This document shows positions 61,132 through 64,000 of a DNA stretch of 64,000 bases, piece by piece. Source of the stretch: Tricharina praecox (lineage: Eukaryota). The notes under the pieces were generated by a model. That model had not been told where the DNA came from. It ran no database searches and saw only the letters and a list, made by a program, of their open reading frames with translations. Each line of letters opens with the position of its first letter. Positions within the stretch are counted from its first letter, which is position 1. A program made the translations under genes and the position numbers. The stretch is from assembly GCF_024521635.1 (NCBI RefSeq), contig NW_026250404.1:1984001-2048000 (forward strand). The letters are read 5' to 3'.

Positions 61132-61500
61132 ATCTAAAATGCACCGAAAATCAAGGTGATGATTGATCAAGGAAGCATCTGTCGAACCAGTGGATTTCGA
61201 CTATTAAAACCTGCACCCTTTGTTCTCTCGCATTCATCCCGCGCGGGGTATAATTTGCCAAAAACAGAACATCGCGGGGCATGCCGTAACCAATGGCCGG
61301 GGGTGACCCACGATGAGTGGTTACCCTCTCGAGCCCTCTTCCATGGAGCTCGAGTACCAAGCTCATCTCTCGCAAGCTGCGCCTATCTGGACCAAGCTTA
61401 AACCGATACCACCCTCCTCGGAGAACTAGTACAATTCAAACGGTGCCTCTACAACCCCTCCTCTCTTCCCCGACAGACCCGAAACTATATATCTACAGTC

Positions 61501-62225
61501 ATGGAGTCCATCAAAGCCATGTTCTGGAAGCCTGATCCAGCAGCCCAAGTACCGCCTCCCTCCTCCTCATCCTCTTCCTCCTTGTCGCATAAGGACTCAC
61601 ACACACACTCCAGCTCCGCAAATGCGACCAACTGATCCGCAAAAACACGCGCGAGCTGGACCGCCACATCCGCGACCTCAAACTCCTCGAGACGAAGACA
61701 CGGAGCCTCATCATCCAAGCCTCGAAGTCGCGCCATAACGCGGCCCAGCAGACACGCATGCTCGCCGTCGAACTCGTGCGGATCCGTCGACAATCCACGC
61801 GTCTTGCTACGTCCCGTGCCCAACTGCAGTCGGTCATGATGCAGGTCAAAGAGGCATTCTCGGTGCGGAAGATTGAGGGCTCGATCCGCGCGAGTACTTC
61901 GGTCATGAAGGATGTGAACTCCCTCATCCGTCTGCCGGAGCTCACGGGCACCATGCGGGAGTTGAGTATGGAGCTGGTTAAGGCAGGGATCATAGAGGAG
62001 ATGTTGGATGATACTCTTCCTGCCGAACAGGACTTCGATATGGACGAGGAGGTAGAGGGTGAGGTGGATAAGGTGTTAAGCGAGATCATGGCCGGCAAGC
62101 TGCAGAAGACTGGCGAGGTGCCTAGCACGCCCCTCACTGAGCCGGAGGTCGAGCCCGAGCAATTGGAGGAGGACGAAGCTGGTCTGGAGGATATGAGGCA
62201 GAGGTTGGCAATCCTGAAAAGCTAA
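61501..62225 (+). CDS. VPS24: ESCRT-III subunit Vps24 (Snf7 family), 2 exons
   Basis: MESIKAMFWKPDPAAQ|LRKCDQLIRKNTRELDR, SRAQLQSVMMQV, MRELSMELVKAGIIEEM and the C-terminal MRQRLAILKS. Intron 61549-61613. Confidence 0.93.
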
Positions 62226-63904
62226 GGGTATGAGTCGGCTGGAGTCTTGTTGCGTTGGTATCGGCGCGTTGGGTGCGGGCTTACGCGTTTATGGGTTCCT
62301 TTACTTGCTGCGTATACTACATTTCGTCTGTTGCTTTCTTTATGGCTCTAATGTTTCCCTTTATCCGCGTGTGTGGTCCATTTGCGTTATACTGTCGCCG
62401 TCTATACAATTCATGACATTTACATGCACATCTGCTGTCTCCGGGCCGCGAAGTCATGATAAAGGTCGAGTACATGTACACGCTGTGTATGTTGTGTTGT
62501 AGCCCCAGGTGCATGTACGGCGGACGAACAGCGAGAGACAGGTGGACTTGTCTAACGGGATTTCTGTCAGCAGGTGTCTCTTCACGATCGTTTATGCATT
62601 TCGTCCTCTTTTGCTGCTGCTAACTACAATCTTCAGCAATCTATGTATCTTCTGGCTAGCCGAAGGTTTCTTTCTCGCACTAGTATCGCAGCTGCGAAGA
62701 CAGCGACTGGTTCACCTGGGACACGTCACACGTATAGAAAGGTGTGATATTTCACCGAAATATTGTCTGTCGTGAACTATCCTAACCCTCCTCGCTTTGA
62801 CTGGGAGGTTCACCGTATGAGTGGAGAGTGATTGAATACTTGAAACTGGTCTACCCGAATGCTCTGTTCTACGCCCTGTGCTTTTCGTTTGGTTAATGGG
62901 GGATTAGACGAGAGTTCTCGTCTGAAGAGAGGTCGGAGTGCTGACTGCAATATCTCTCCACCTTCTATGATCTGTTTTGTGACGGAACTCCGCGCCCCGT
63001 TCTAAGCAAGATCTAGGTGTTCGGCTTCATCCTAGATCTGAAGCAACGGGTTCTATGAAGTGTGCTACCCCTGATGGAAGATTCTCTTGAGCTCAAACCA
63101 TCAAGCTAGGTTCCGAGTATGCACAATGACGCCATTGGTTGGTCTGTGTCCAGTTCGCCAACTGCTCGCCAGTGATAGCAAGAGATCAAGCACCGCCACA
63201 TCTCACCGCGGCTGTGTCTCGAGTGATGCCTCGAGATGCGTCCAGAAGATAGAGAACAATCCACTGACACTGCACCAATATGCCCCAACGTACGTGCCGT
63301 CACAAGTTTTAGAATATACATTCAATACGGTAGTGCGCACCCTTCAAGGTAGAGTTGCAAATCATGGGTCCAGAGCTTCCACGTTAAGCACCGTGGGGTG
63401 GAAGAGGGAGACGAAGCTTCAACTGAAGTGCTATGCCTATGCGCATCTGTGAAGCACTCTTGGTTTCCCCCGCAACTAGTGCCGATATACCTGCGTAGGA
63501 TATGCTCACTCGCTGGAGCTCTCGTTGTCTAGTTGTTTCAATTGCAGTTTAGGGCTTGGCTTTGCGCGAAATGTGGCGGAGCCCTAGGACGACAACAAAC
63601 GCTGACGCTGCACTAGCCTTCAAGCAGCGAAATCACACTAGCGCCACTCCCTTAACCTCAACTCCCCCTTCCAACTCTCCCTTCCTCCTTCTCATCACAA
63701 CAACCACCGCGCGACAACAAGAACCTTTGACAACTCCCTCACCAACGACCTCGCGAAATAATAAGTTCCTTCACAACTCCTCTAACTACCACATCCTACT
63801 TCCCGCTCCGAACCATCCTTATCTTCCTCGGTCGCGTCTTCGTTGCCACTCATCCTATCAATATAACACATTCTCGCATTCCTTCACTCCCACGATCATA
63901 AGCA

Positions 63905-64000
63905 ATGGCTTCCAACCTTGACCGTTCGCTCGACGAGATCCTCGCTACCCGCCCTCGTGGTGCCGGTCGCCGTGGAGGCAAGCCGGCCGCAGCTGCTGTC
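63905..64000 (+). CDS. YRA1: 5' end of the mRNA export adaptor Yra1/ALY-REF (truncated by the window)
   Basis: MASNLDRSLDEILATRPRGAGRRGG shows the N-terminal REF motif (LDxSLDEI) followed by an RGG region, after a pyrimidine-rich leader. Only 32 codons are visible. Confidence 0.7.
   Translation, partial: MASNLDRSLDEILATRPRGAGRRGGKPAAAAV

Noticed and set aside
61157..61220. Box C-like GTGATGA with a possible terminal stem (snoRNA?)
   Set aside because: No box D (CTGA) at the expected position.
62781..62790. CTAACCCT, a partial telomerase-template or telomere-like word
   Set aside because: Shorter than 1.5 repeats and isolated, with no supporting structure.
12121..64000. Apparent cluster of RNA-metabolism genes (PPR, DBR1, PRMT5, Rpr2/Snm1, TMA46, YRA1)
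   Set aside because: They are interspersed with unrelated genes over 50 kb and belong to a large functional class. I see no shared motif, so chance is sufficient.

Overview
This window is eukaryotic DNA from a filamentous ascomycete (Pezizomycotina; Pezizomycetes is my guess, not shown). It has short GT-AG introns with CTRAY branch sites and microsatellite-rich intergenic DNA. I reconstructed about 16 genes by hand: a truncated unknown gene at the left edge, a zinc-finger/basic-helix protein, GDE1 (SPX-ankyrin-GDPD), a PPR protein, chorismate mutase ARO7, lariat debranching enzyme DBR1, an acr-2-like Zn2Cys6 transcription factor, PRMT5/Skb1, an Rpr2/Snm1-family RNase P/MRP subunit, a PTH11-like membrane protein, an alpha/beta hydrolase, TMA46, OST4, p23/SBA1, VPS24, and the start of YRA1. 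Two long stretches lack recognisable genes (about 24.6-40.1 kb and 45.3-53.3 kb). The best non-routine observations are: (1) a 284-bp non-autonomous hAT-type MITE with 10-bp TIRs and a perfect 8-bp TSD; (2) an in-frame 47-aa upstream extension of DBR1 that resembles a mitochondrial presequence; (3) a micro-exon chain, including a 4-nt exon, building the GDE1 catalytic motifs. I found no supportable tRNA, rRNA, snRNA or CRISPR feature. All identifications come from motif recognition, without database searches.
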